A stretch of 55,587 nt of DNA, taken from the NCBI GenBank assembly GCA_964035575.1, contig OZ037844.1, positions 1,736,001 through 1,791,587 on the forward strand. The letters run 5' to 3'. The position numbers and the translations under genes were made by a program. How positions within the stretch are numbered: the stretch's first letter is position 1; each line of letters opens with the position of its first letter. Source of the DNA: Rhynchopus sp. YZ270_cl-10. Taxonomy: Eukaryota. Of the stretch, positions 10,539-23,278 are shown one piece after another. The notes under the pieces were generated by a model. It made no database searches. It saw only the letters and a list, made by a program, of their open reading frames with translations, and was not told the origin of the DNA.

Positions 10539-12433
10539 ATGAGGGTGAAGATGGCGCGGAGACGGCCGGTCCCAGCCCCACCCCCAATGGCGGCGATTCA
10601 GGCCCCAGCCCCAGCCCCAAAGGCGGCGACGAGAAGGAAGAGGAAGCGCAAGCGGGCGGCGACAGTGTCCTCCGCGTCCGCCGGGGGGTCGTCGGTGGGG
10701 AATATGTCCTCATTCTCCCCCGGCGCCCCCGGCGCCCCCGACGCCCCCACCTCCGTCATGCCGCGGAGCCCCACCACCACCACCAACACTGCCTCAGGTA
10801 TGTATTCCCTCATACATTATTACATCGTTTTTAATTAAGTACGTAGTTATTAATCCCCCATCACAGAGACCGCCACCAGACAACGCCTGTCAGTGGTGAA
10901 GGTGCAGGCGAAGGCGCGGCTAGAAGCCGCCATGCAGGCAACGGAGGAGCCACCGAGGGTATGTTATATAATTCTCCCCTATATTAGCTCCCCCTTTATC
11001 CCAAGAATTACAACACTATACAGGAGAGTATGTCCCTCAGATTCGAAGTTGAGGCTACGGTAAGCTCAGAAGAAGAACCCGAGTGGAAAGAAAAAGTATG
11101 TATTTTAATTGTATTGTACCTATTTTTGTCATGCTATTTTATTTTTCTCAGAAACAGGCGATCCTGGCCAGGACACGCCAAATCCAGCATAAAATGCTGG
11201 AGGCGTACGCCGGGAAGGAGGACACGGACACGGACTGGAGAGAGTCCGTGTCGTCGCAGGGAGCCGGCAGCGACGAGGAGTACGAGGAAAAGGGGGGAGA
11301 GGGGGGGAGGGGCAAAGAGGTGGAGGTGGCATCGGGGAGGTGGGTGAGTGTAAGGGTGGGGGTTAGGGGGGAGGGGGTTAAGGGGGAGGGGGTTAAGGGG
11401 GAGGGGTATGGGGTCGCAACCGACGGTTGCGTCCCATACGAGGTGGGAACGGGGGAGGTGCCAAACGCAGACCAACTTAAAATGTTGGCTACTGCGGGCA
11501 TCGCCCCCGGGGACGAGGGACTAGTCCCGCTCCCCCACAAGCACGACACCAGACAGACATGTCTGGTGCTCGTGACGAGAACAGAGGGGGGGGGGGTCTC
11601 TGTTACCCCCCCCTCCAAAAAAGGCAGCTGACACCCCAGTCAGCTGCCCCCAGAGGCTCCTAACGACTAGGAGCCTCTGGTGCCACAACCACCTTACGCG
11701 TGTGCGTGGTGGCACAGGGGGCAGAACGCAGCGCGTCCTCGCTAACGAGGAGAACGACAGGAGACGCGCCTACGCTAATGCGTGGGAAAGACGCCACAAC
11801 GCAGAACAGGGCAGCGCCCTTGCTTTTGTGCCTCCAGTAGCGGCTAAAGCTACTCTGGTCATCGCTGCGTTCCTGGAAACGGAGGTGGCTGTCACCATCT
11901 ACTCTACGAGTAGCGATGGTGACAGCATCCTGACTGCAGTCAGGATGCTACCACACCCCAGCCTCGCGCAAGTGAGGTCGAACGGCGCTCTGCGCCGTTC
12001 CTTGTTCAACGAGCCCCTGTGGCTGAGTACAGGCACACCTGACGTGTGCTTTATTCGGCTGAAGGCTGCTCTGAACAAGAAAAAACACGGGGAGTGGGTG
12101 GACTTCGCAAGGAGACAAACAAAAGCGCAGGCTCGACTGGAGGAAGAGGGAATCAAGCTGATCGTGATGCTTTATCATGTTGGAATCATAATAATCCATC
12201 ACGAGCAGATTGATGGCCTCTCCACCTTCAAACGAGCCACGGAGTACCACGCCACTGCTCAACAGGACAGCCTGTCGTACTCGAAGACGGGGCTAGTGAT
12301 CCTCCTTGACGAGGGGGATCACTACTCCAGAATCAAGAACAAAAGCGACGCTGACCGCGTCGCGTTCGCAAACTGGTATCAAACGTCCATGTCAGGTAGA
12401 GTAACGGTTCATCAGAACTTGGCTAGACCTTAA
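10539..12433 (+). CDS. Unit gene B, copy 1 (spliced): disordered NLS-rich N-terminus, frame discontinuity at ~11576-11631, C-terminal OTU-like domain with Cys->Ser
   Basis: Exons 10539-10797, 10867-10958, 11024-11095 and 11152 onward, with frame-preserving GTATGT...CAG introns (69, 65, 56 nt). The first frame stops at 11631; the +1 frame is open 11576-12433 and contains SDGDSILTAV...LRR...W...LYHVGIIII...ILLDEGDHY. Confidence 0.65.
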
Positions 12434-13090
12434 GGCCACTAGTATTTCTTATAGTGACCTTCAGGTGTAATCAAAATTCTCATGAACGTGTACTACACGT
12501 GACATGCCTTAGTAATACCAGTTGTAGAATTCAATATTTCCTCCTTTATCTATTGTTAATGTGATTTAGCAGGGAAAGCATTTTCCCTCATAAGTATTTT
12601 CCTTTTACAAAGACATTTTTCAGCGAAAGAATACATTTTGTTAAATATTTACAGCATTTTCTGTACAGTAGAATGCATATTTTATGTGTCGTGTAGACTT
12701 CTTCGAGATCAGCCGTTTTCCGTAACTCACGCGTCCTTTGCGTGCAATTAGATCACTTCTTACGGAAAACGTCATTTCTCTTGAGTAATAAAAAATATTT
12801 TGGGCCCAGCACAGACTGGCCCAAGAAGGCAAGGAACGAACTGTAAAAACTAACGAAATATAGAGAAAGAAAGGCCATATGGGGGGGTTCCACATAGATA
12901 TCGAAAGCAAATAACGCAAGAAGGGAAAAAAGACAGTATAAATAACAGAACGAAAAAAAAGAGGTCTACCTCACCTGCACCCCATTTCTATTTAATCTGC
13001 TTTCATATCCCACCTCCACCACTCTCCTCACCACAGATTACACAATACAATGACTTGCCTAACTCCCTAAAAAAAATAAAAGCAAGTAAA

Positions 13091-13201
13091 ATGATGGAGG
13101 CGGAGGCGGAGGCGGAGGCGGGGTCGGCTCATACGCCACCCCCCCTCCTGGGACAATCCTCAGTCCCAGCAGCAGCGAAGGAGACGGAGAAGACAACAGC
13201 G
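13091..13201 (+). CDS. Candidate first exon of gene A (MMEAEAEAEAGSAHTPPP...EKTTA); also at 20431, 27546, 35146, 42746 and partially at 5588
   Basis: AAAATG start, GC-rich, ends at a GTATGT donor (13202) like those of the other introns, followed by pyrimidine/AT-rich sequence. Unspliced, the frame stays open to 13525. Confidence 0.45.
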
Positions 13202-13785
13202 GTATGTAACTTTTACCCCTTTTTATTACTTTTTCTTCGTATGTCATTTCAACACTCCGGATTCTCGGCTCATGATGCCTCCTTACAAGAGGCGCAAACT
13301 CTGCTTAGCCGCATGGGTCCGCTCCCACCGCAGCTCCGCATCCTTCACGCGTACCGGTCAGTCATGCACGCACATCCCACACGACGTCTTTCCTTCACCT
13401 ATGTGAACGTCCACGAAGATGTTGGGTCTTCCTTGCTATCCTCCGCAGCAGCACGCTTCGCGCCTACTCCTCCGCCCGCACCATGGGAAGGGTGCCAGCA
13501 TCAGTGTCACCTAGGTCCGTCATGAACAGGTCCCTCTCGGGCTTGTTTTTCTATTTCAGCCTGTTCACAGGCTTAACCTTGTTAGTTCCTCATTCTCTTT
13601 GTTTTTTTTTTATTTTTTGCAAATACGAAGTGTAACCCAGGTGAGGTGTGCACTGGCTGTGCATGCAGGAGGAGGAGTAAGAGGTGCTATGGTGTGCGGA
13701 ACGCACAGGTGAGGTGTGCACTGACTGTGCATGCAGGAGGAGGAGTAAGAGGTGCTGTGGGGTGCGGAACGTAGGGTATCGTGTT

Positions 13786-16032
13786 ACGTGCGCATGTAGT
13801 GTATGGTGATACATGCGCACGCTGTGTATAGTGTACTGTGCGCACGTAGTGTATAGTGATACGTGCGCACGTGGTGCGCACGCTGTGTATAGTGTTCCGT
13901 GCGCACGTAGTGAAGAGTTTACTGTGCGCACGTGGTGCGCACGCTGTGTAGAGTGTACTGTGCGCACGCTGTGAAGAGTGTACTGTGCGCACGTGGTGCG
14001 CACGCTGTGTATAGTGTACTGTGCGCACGTAGTGTATGGTGTACTGTGCGCACGTAGTGAAGAGTGAACTGTGCGCACGCTGTGTATGGTGTACTGTGCG
14101 CACGTAGTGAAGACTGAACTGTGCGCACGCTGTGAAGAGAGTACTGTGCGCACACTGTGTATGGTGTACTATGCGCACGTAGTGAAGACTGAACTGTGCG
14201 CACGCTGTGTATAGAGTACTGTGCGCACACTGTGTATAGTTTACTGTGCGCACGCTGTGTATGGTGTACTGTGCGCACGTAGTGAAGAGTGAACTGTGCG
14301 CACGCTGTGTATAGCGTACTGTGCGCACACTGTGTATAGTTTACTGTGCGCACGCTGTGTATGGTGTACTGTGCGCACGCTGTGTATGGTGAACTGTGCG
14401 CACGTAGTGTATAGAGTACTGTGCGCACACTGTGTATAGTGTACTGTGCGCACGCTGTGTATGGTGAACTGTGCGCACGTAGTGAAGAGTGAACTGTGCG
14501 CACACTGTGTATGGTGTACTGTGCGCGCGTAATGTATAGAGTACAGTGCGCACGTGGTGCGCACGTATCACTACACTACGTGCGCACAGTACACTATACA
14601 CAGTGTGCGCACAGTTCACTCTTCACTACGTGCGCACAGTTCACCATACACTACGTGCGCACAGTTCACCATACACAGCGTGCGCACAGTTCACTCTTCA
14701 CTACGTGCGCACAGTTCACCATACACTACGTGCGCACAGTTCACCATACACAGCGTGCACACAGTTCACTCTTCACTACGTGCGCACAGTACACCATACA
14801 CTACGTGCGCACAGTTCACCATACACAGCGTGCGCACAGTTCACTCTTCACTACGTGCGCACAGTTCACCATACACAGCGTGCACACAGTTCACTCTTCA
14901 CTACGTGCGCACAGTACACCATACACTACGTGCGCACAGTTCACCATACACAGCGTGCGCACAGTTCACTCTTCACTACGTGCGCACAGTACACCATACA
15001 CTACGTGCGCACAGTTCACCATACACAGCGTGCGCACAGTACACTACACACAGTGTGCGCATAGTTCACTGTGTGCACAGTTCACTCTTCACTACGTGCG
15101 CACAGTACACCATACACTACGTGCGCACAGTTCACCGTACACAGCGTGCGCACAGTACACTACACACAGTGTGCGCACAGCTCACTCTTCACTACGTGCG
15201 CACAGTACACCATACACTACGTGCGCACAGTTCACCATACACAGCATGCGCACAGTACACATAACACAGCGTGCGCACAGTTCACTCTTCACTACGTGCG
15301 CACCACGTGCGCACGGAACACTAAACACAGCGTGCGCACCACGTGCGCACAGTACTCTATGCACGACGTGCGCACGTATCACTAAACACTACGTGCGCAC
15401 AGTAAACTCTTCACTACGTGCGCACAGAACACTATAGACAGCGTGCGCACCACGTGCGCACGTATCACTATACACTACGTGCGCACCACGTGCGCACAGT
15501 AAACTCTTCACTACGTGCGCACGGAACACTATACACAGCGTGCGCACCACGTGCGCACGTATCACTATACACTACGTGCGCACCACGTGCGCACAGTAAA
15601 CTCTTCACTACGTGCGCACGGAACACTATACACAGCGTGCGCACCACGTGCGCACGTATCATTATACACTACGTGCGCACCACGTGCGCACGTATCACTA
15701 TACACTACGTGCGCACCACGTGCGCACAGTAAACTCTTCACTACGTGCGCACAGAACACTATACACAGCGTGCGCACCACGTGCGCACGTATCACTATAC
15801 ACTACGTGCGCACCACGTGCGCACAGTAAACTCTTCACTACGTGCGCACAGAACACTATACACTACGTGCGCACCACGTGCGCACAGTAAACTCTTCACT
15901 ACGTGCGCACGGAACACTGTACACAGCGTGCGCACCACGTGCGCACGTATCACTATACACTACGTGCGCACCACGTGCGCACAGTACACTATACACTACG
16001 TGCGCACGTAGCACTCCTCACTACATGCGCAT
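13786..16032. repeat. Minisatellite palindrome, copy 2, centre ~14560
   Basis: Same structure as copy 1. Confidence 0.95.
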
Positions 16033-16163
16033 GGAAGCGTTGATATATTATTCAAGTGACAATGTTCTAATTATAGGTTATACACATTCTATTATTTGAT
16101 AAATATTACAGCAATACCATAATAATTGGTCTATACTCTATGTACTACTAAACAACATTACAG

Positions 16164-17668
16164 GTGACCCCGTCATAGCGATACGGAAGGTGTACCGCAC
16201 GCTGAACAAGAAGGTGGAATACTACGAGCAGCAAGGAGTACTGCTCCGGCTAGTAGACGGAGTGCTGGCGGATCGGTCCACCGAGCGCAACAGGAAGAAG
16301 GGGGATCCGTACGAGGTATGAATATACACTAAGTACCACATATATAATTCATACTACTTTTTACAGCGCGAGGAGTACGGACCCCAGGGGGAGCAGCCGC
16401 CGCCGAGCTGCCTGGAATTTGAGTTCCAGGCAGCACTCGACCACTCCGAGAATGGAGTGGTCGAGGAGGCGTGGCGACCCCACCTCCAGCGTAGGCTGGA
16501 GCTGGCGTGCCGACCGGCACGACAGGCGAAGAGGGAGTACGAGCTCCGTATGTCTTATTATACATTACCTATGCGTTTCCTCATATTTATATTATTCCCC
16601 CTTACTACAGCTCCCGAGGTCCGCAGCCTCGGATTTGGGACGTACGTCCCAACCGCACAGGAGGAGAAGCAGCAGAGGGAAGACGCGAAACGCGTCGTCG
16701 CGAACGGTCGGAGGATCGTCGCGACCCTCATGCTGTCGTCAGAGCTGATCATCAGCGACGACAGCAAGGTATGTGCTCAAACCTCCCACCTTCTATATTA
16801 CTATACCAAAACATCACAGATCCATTCACTGTTGACGGACACACTGAAACGCCCAGAGGACGAGGACACGCAGCGCGCGTCAGGGTCCGTGAGCGTGAGC
16901 GGACCGGGAGAGCCGCAGCCGCCCCCCGACAGCCACCCCCACGCCGGGCCGTCCGAGCTGACGTTCCCCCACGCCACCATGTCGGTTCCGTGGGCCCGTC
17001 TCCGGACGGCCCTGTGGGTGGCAGGAGGGGTGCGGGGCCTCCCCGAGCTCGAGGCTGCGGTAGAGGCGGAAAAAAACAGAGAAAAAAAAGCAAAGAAAAG
17101 GAGGGGTAAACCCCAGGACCAGTTCCAGGCGTGGTCCGAGGGAAAGGACTCCCAGTCCCAGGAGTGGGACTGGGTGTATACGGAAACGAATAGGCCGGGA
17201 AGAAAAAGAAAAAGGGAAACAGGACAACCCAGGCGCGAGAACACCACCACCTCGCCCTCCCCCTGCCTCCCACCCCAGATGTACGCACTGCCGTACGACA
17301 CCCCCCCCAGCTCCGCACAAAATAGTGAAAAAAAAAGAAGGGTAGGATGTGATATAAAAAAAACAGAAACCAAAAAGGAAAGCGAAGAAGAAACCAAAAA
17401 AGAAAAAAAAGTAGAAACAAAAAAACAGACCAAAAGAGAGAGAGAAGAAGCCGCTGCTAAAAAGCAGTGGCTTGATGCCTACCAAAAAATGGGCACGGAG
17501 GAAAAAAAGCAGTGGTGCATGGAGTGCGGCTTTAATTGCTGCGCTTCATGCACCACTCTTGTGGCATGCCATAACAGCTGCCACAAGAGAATACCCTCCA
17601 AATGGAAACAACGAAAAGAAGGGCGTGCAGTGCACGCAAGCGCCAAAATCATGCATAAAGCGAGATAA
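16164..17668 (+). CDS. Unit gene A, copy 2
   Basis: Identical translation, offset +7340. Confidence 0.75.
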
Positions 17669-17878
17669 GCACTATTTTTATATATTTTTGTTTTGTTTAC
17701 TAAATTTTTATTTTTCAGACATGTCCCCCTAGATCACCTCCAGCCTCCCCCCTCTCTTCCAAATAATGTTTGAGCTAAATGAAATATAAAGAACCCCTAT
17801 ACCCTCCCCTTTTTACTTTAGTTTATCATCAGATACACTTTTTAATCCTCATCACATCCCATCAGACGTACACACACA

Positions 17879-19773
17879 ATGAGGGTGAAGATGGCGCGGA
17901 GACGGCCGGTCCCAGCCCCACCCCCAATGGCGGCGATTCAGGCCCCAGCCCCAGCCCCAAAGGCGGCGACGAGAAGGAAGAGGAAGCGCAAGCGGGCGGC
18001 GACAGTGTCCTCCGCGTCCGCCGGGGGGTCGTCGGTGGGGAATATGTCCTCATTCTCCCCCGGCGCCCCCGGCGCCCCCGACGCCCCCACCTCCGTCATG
18101 CCGCGGAGCCCCACCACCACCACCAACACTGCCTCAGGTATGTATTCCCTCATACATTATTACATCGTTTTTAATTAAGTACGTAGTTATTAATCCCCCA
18201 TCACAGAGACCGCCACCAGACAACGCCTGTCAGTGGTGAAGGTGCAGGCGAAGGCGCGGCTAGAAGCCGCCATGCAGGCAACGGAGGAGCCACCGAGGGT
18301 ATGTTATATAATTCTCCCCTATATTAGCTCCCCCTTTATCCCAAGAATTACAACACTATACAGGAGAGTATGTCCCTCAGATTCGAAGTTGAGGCTACGG
18401 TAAGCTCAGAAGAAGAACCCGAGTGGAAAGAAAAAGTATGTATTTTAATTGTATTGTACCTATTTTTGTCATGCTATTTTATTTTTCTCAGAAACAGGCG
18501 ATCCTGGCCAGGACACGCCAAATCCAGCATAAAATGCTGGAGGCGTACGCCGGGAAGGAGGACACGGACACGGACTGGAGAGAGTCCGTGTCGTCGCAGG
18601 GAGCCGGCAGCGACGAGGAGTACGAGGAAAAGGGGGGAGAGGGGGGGAGGGGCAAAGAGGTGGAGGTGGCATCGGGGAGGTGGGTGAGTGTAAGGGTGGG
18701 GGTTAGGGGGGAGGGGGTTAAGGGGGAGGGGGTTAAGGGGGAGGGGTATGGGGTCGCAACCGACGGTTGCGTCCCATACGAGGTGGGAACGGGGGAGGTG
18801 CCAAACGCAGACCAACTTAAAATGTTGGCTACTGCGGGCATCGCCCCCGGGGACGAGGGACTAGTCCCGCTCCCCCACAAGCACGACACCAGACAGACAT
18901 GTCTGGTGCTCGTGACGAGAACAGAGGGGGGGGGGGTCTCTGTTACCCCCCCCTCCAAAAAAGGCAGCTGACACCCCAGTCAGCTGCCCCCAGAGGCTCC
19001 TAACGACTAGGAGCCTCTGGTGCCACAACCACCTTACGCGTGTGCGTGGTGGCACAGGGGGCAGAACGCAGCGCGTCCTCGCTAACGAGGAGAACGACAG
19101 GAGACGCGCCTACGCTAATGCGTGGGAAAGACGCCACAACGCAGAACAGGGCAGCGCCCTTGCTTTTGTGCCTCCAGTAGCGGCTAAAGCTACTCTGGTC
19201 ATCGCTGCGTTCCTGGAAACGGAGGTGGCTGTCACCATCTACTCTACGAGTAGCGATGGTGACAGCATCCTGACTGCAGTCAGGATGCTACCACACCCCA
19301 GCCTCGCGCAAGTGAGGTCGAACGGCGCTCTGCGCCGTTCCTTGTTCAACGAGCCCCTGTGGCTGAGTACAGGCACACCTGACGTGTGCTTTATTCGGCT
19401 GAAGGCTGCTCTGAACAAGAAAAAACACGGGGAGTGGGTGGACTTCGCAAGGAGACAAACAAAAGCGCAGGCTCGACTGGAGGAAGAGGGAATCAAGCTG
19501 ATCGTGATGCTTTATCATGTTGGAATCATAATAATCCATCACGAGCAGATTGATGGCCTCTCCACCTTCAAACGAGCCACGGAGTACCACGCCACTGCTC
19601 AACAGGACAGCCTGTCGTACTCGAAGACGGGGCTAGTGATCCTCCTTGACGAGGGGGATCACTACTCCAGAATCAAGAACAAAAGCGACGCTGACCGCGT
19701 CGCGTTCGCAAACTGGTATCAAACGTCCATGTCAGGTAGAGTAACGGTTCATCAGAACTTGGCTAGACCTTAA
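17879..19773 (+). CDS. Unit gene B, copy 2
   Basis: Identical translation, offset +7340. Confidence 0.65.
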
Positions 19774-21125
19774 GGCCACTAGTATTTCTTATAGTGACCT
19801 TCAGGTGTAATCAAAATTCTCATGAACGTGTACTACACGTGACATGCCTTAGTAATACCAGTTGTAGAATTCAATATTTCCTCCTTTATCTATTGTTAAT
19901 GTGATTTAGCAGGGAAAGCATTTTCCCTCATAAGTATTTTCCTTTTACAAAGACATTTTTCAGCGAAAGAATACATTTTGTTAAATATTTACAGCATTTT
20001 CTGTACAGTAGAATGCATATTTTATGTGTCGTGTAGACTTCTTCGAGATCAGCCGTTTTCCGTAACTCACGCGTCCTTTGCGTGCAATTAGATCACTTCT
20101 TACGGAAAACGTCATTTCTCTTGAGTAATAAAAAATATTTTGGGCCCAGCACAGACTGGCCCAAGAAGGCAAGGAACGAACTGTAAAAACTAACGAAATA
20201 TAGAGAAAGAAAGGCCATATGGGGGGGTTCCACATAGATATCGAAAGCAAATAACGCAAGAAGGGAAAAAAGACAGTATAAATAACAGAACGAAAAAAAA
20301 GAGGTCTACCTCACCTGCACCCCATTTCTATTTAATCTGCTTTCATATCCCACCTCCACCACTCTCCTCACCACAGATTACACAATACAATGACTTGCCT
20401 AACTCCCTAAAAAAAATAAAAGCAAGTAAAATGATGGAGGCGGAGGCGGAGGCGGAGGCGGGGTCGGCTCATACGCCACCCCCCCTCCTGGGACAATCCT
20501 CAGTCCCAGCAGCAGCGAAGGAGACGGAGAAGACAACAGCGGTATGTAACTTTTACCCCTTTTTATTACTTTTTCTTCGTATGTCATTTCAACACTCCGG
20601 ATTCTCGGCTCATGATGCCTCCTTACAAGAGGCGCAAACTCTGCTTAGCCGCATGGGTCCGCTCCCACCGCAGCTCCGCATCCTTCACGCGTACCGGTCA
20701 GTCATGCACGCACATCCCACACGACGTCTTTCCTTCACCTATGTGAACGTCCACGAAGATGTTGGGTCTTCCTTGCTATCCTCCGCAGCAGCACGCTTCG
20801 CGCCTACTCCTCCGCCCGCACCATGGGAAGGGTGCCAGCATCAGTGTCACCTAGGTCCGTCATGAACAGGTCCCTCTCGGGCTTGTTTTTCTATTTCAGC
20901 CTGTTCACAGGCTTAACCTTGTTAGTTCCTCATTCTCTTTGTTTTTTTTTTATTTTTTGCAAATACGAAGTGTAACCCAGGTGAGGTGTGCACTGGCTGT
21001 GCATGCAGGAGGAGGAGTAAGAGGTGCTATGGTGTGCGGAACGCACAGGTGAGGTGTGCACTGACTGTGCATGCAGGAGGAGGAGTAAGAGGTGCTGTGG
21101 GGTGCGGAACGTAGGGTATCGTGTT

Positions 21126-23147
21126 ACGTGCGCATGTAGTGTATGGTGATACATGCGCACGCTGTGTATAGTGTACTGTGCGCACGTAGTGTATAGTGAT
21201 ACGTGCGCACGTGGTGCGCACGCTGTGTATAGTGTTCCGTGCGCACGTAGTGAAGAGTTTACTGTGCGCACGTGGTGCGCACGCTGTGTAGAGTGTACTG
21301 TGCGCACGCTGTGAAGAGTGTACTGTGCGCACGTGGTGCGCACGCTGTGTATAGTGTACTGTGCGCACGTAGTGTATGGTGTACTGTGCGCACGTAGTGA
21401 AGAGTGAACTGTGCGCACGCTGTGTATGGTGTACTGTGCGCACGTAGTGAAGACTGAACTGTGCGCACGCTGTGAAGAGAGTACTGTGCGCACACTGTGT
21501 ATGGTGTACTATGCGCACGTAGTGAAGACTGAACTGTGCGCACGCTGTGTATAGAGTACTGTGCGCACACTGTGTATAGTTTACTGTGCGCACGCTGTGT
21601 ATGGTGTACTGTGCGCACGCTGTGTATGGTGAACTGTGCGCACGTAGTGTATAGAGTACTGTGCGCACACTGTGTATAGTGTACTGTGCGCACGCTGTGT
21701 ATGGTGAACTGTGCGCACGTAGTGAAGAGTGAACTGTGCGCACACTGTGTATGGTGTACTGTGCGCGCGTAATGTATAGAGTACAGTGCGCACGTGGTGC
21801 GCACGTATCACTACACTACGTGCGCACAGTACACTATACACAGTGTGCGCACAGTTCACTCTTCACTACGTGCGCACAGTTCACCATACACTACGTGCGC
21901 ACAGTTCACCATACACAGCGTGCGCACAGTTCACTCTTCACTACGTGCGCACAGTTCACCATACACTACGTGCGCACAGTTCACCATACACAGCGTGCAC
22001 ACAGTTCACTCTTCACTACGTGCGCACAGTACACCATACACTACGTGCGCACAGTTCACCATACACAGCGTGCGCACAGTTCACTCTTCACTACGTGCGC
22101 ACAGTACACCATACACTACGTGCGCACAGTTCACCATACACAGCGTGCGCACAGTACACTACACACAGTGTGCGCATAGTTCACTGTGTGCACAGTTCAC
22201 TCTTCACTACGTGCGCACAGTACACCATACACTACGTGCGCACAGTTCACCGTACACAGCGTGCGCACAGTACACTACACACAGTGTGCGCACAGCTCAC
22301 TCTTCACTACGTGCGCACAGTACACCATACACTACGTGCGCACAGTTCACCATACACAGCATGCGCACAGTACACATAACACAGCGTGCGCACAGTTCAC
22401 TCTTCACTACGTGCGCACCACGTGCGCACGGAACACTAAACACAGCGTGCGCACCACGTGCGCACAGTACTCTATGCACGACGTGCGCACGTATCACTAA
22501 ACACTACGTGCGCACAGTAAACTCTTCACTACGTGCGCACAGAACACTATAGACAGCGTGCGCACCACGTGCGCACGTATCACTATACACTACGTGCGCA
22601 CCACGTGCGCACAGTAAACTCTTCACTACGTGCGCACGGAACACTATACACAGCGTGCGCACCACGTGCGCACGTATCACTATACACTACGTGCGCACCA
22701 CGTGCGCACAGTAAACTCTTCACTACGTGCGCACGGAACACTATACACAGCGTGCGCACCACGTGCGCACGTATCATTATACACTACGTGCGCACCACGT
22801 GCGCACGTATCACTATACACTACGTGCGCACCACGTGCGCACAGTAAACTCTTCACTACGTGCGCACAGAACACTATACACAGCGTGCGCACCACGTGCG
22901 CACGTATCACTATACACTACGTGCGCACCACGTGCGCACAGTAAACTCTTCACTACGTGCGCACAGAACACTATACACTACGTGCGCACCACGTGCGCAC
23001 AGTAAACTCTTCACTACGTGCGCACGGAACACTGTACACAGCGTGCGCACCACGTGCGCACGTATCACTATACACTACGTGCGCACCACGTGCGCACAGT
23101 ACACTATACACTACGTGCGCACGTAGCACTCCTCACTACATGCGCAT
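21126..23147. repeat. Minisatellite palindrome, copy 3, centre ~21800
   Basis: Same structure; shortest complete copy. Confidence 0.95.
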
Positions 23148-23278
23148 GGAAGCGTTGATATATTATTCAAGTGACAATGTTCTAATTATAGGTTATACAC
23201 ATTCTATTATTTGATAAATATTACAGCAATACCATAATAATTGGTCTATACTCTATGTACTACTAAACAACATTACAG

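Noticed and set aside
9412..11618. Minus-strand ORFs of 60-220 aa overlapping genes A and B
   Set aside because: Antisense shadows of GC- and A-rich exons; splice signals and exon/intron composition support the + strand
12425..12450. CTAGT after gene B as a Helitron 3' end of the 7.5-kb unit
   Set aside because: No convincing upstream GC hairpin, no TC start immediately after it, and no Rep/helicase
13087..13201. Alternative frame (DGGGG...SPSSSEGDGEDNS) or a non-standard genetic code for the candidate first exon
   Set aside because: It fits the phase-1 acceptor but has TAA and TGA just upstream and no start; other genes end normally at TAA or TAG, so recoding is unsupported
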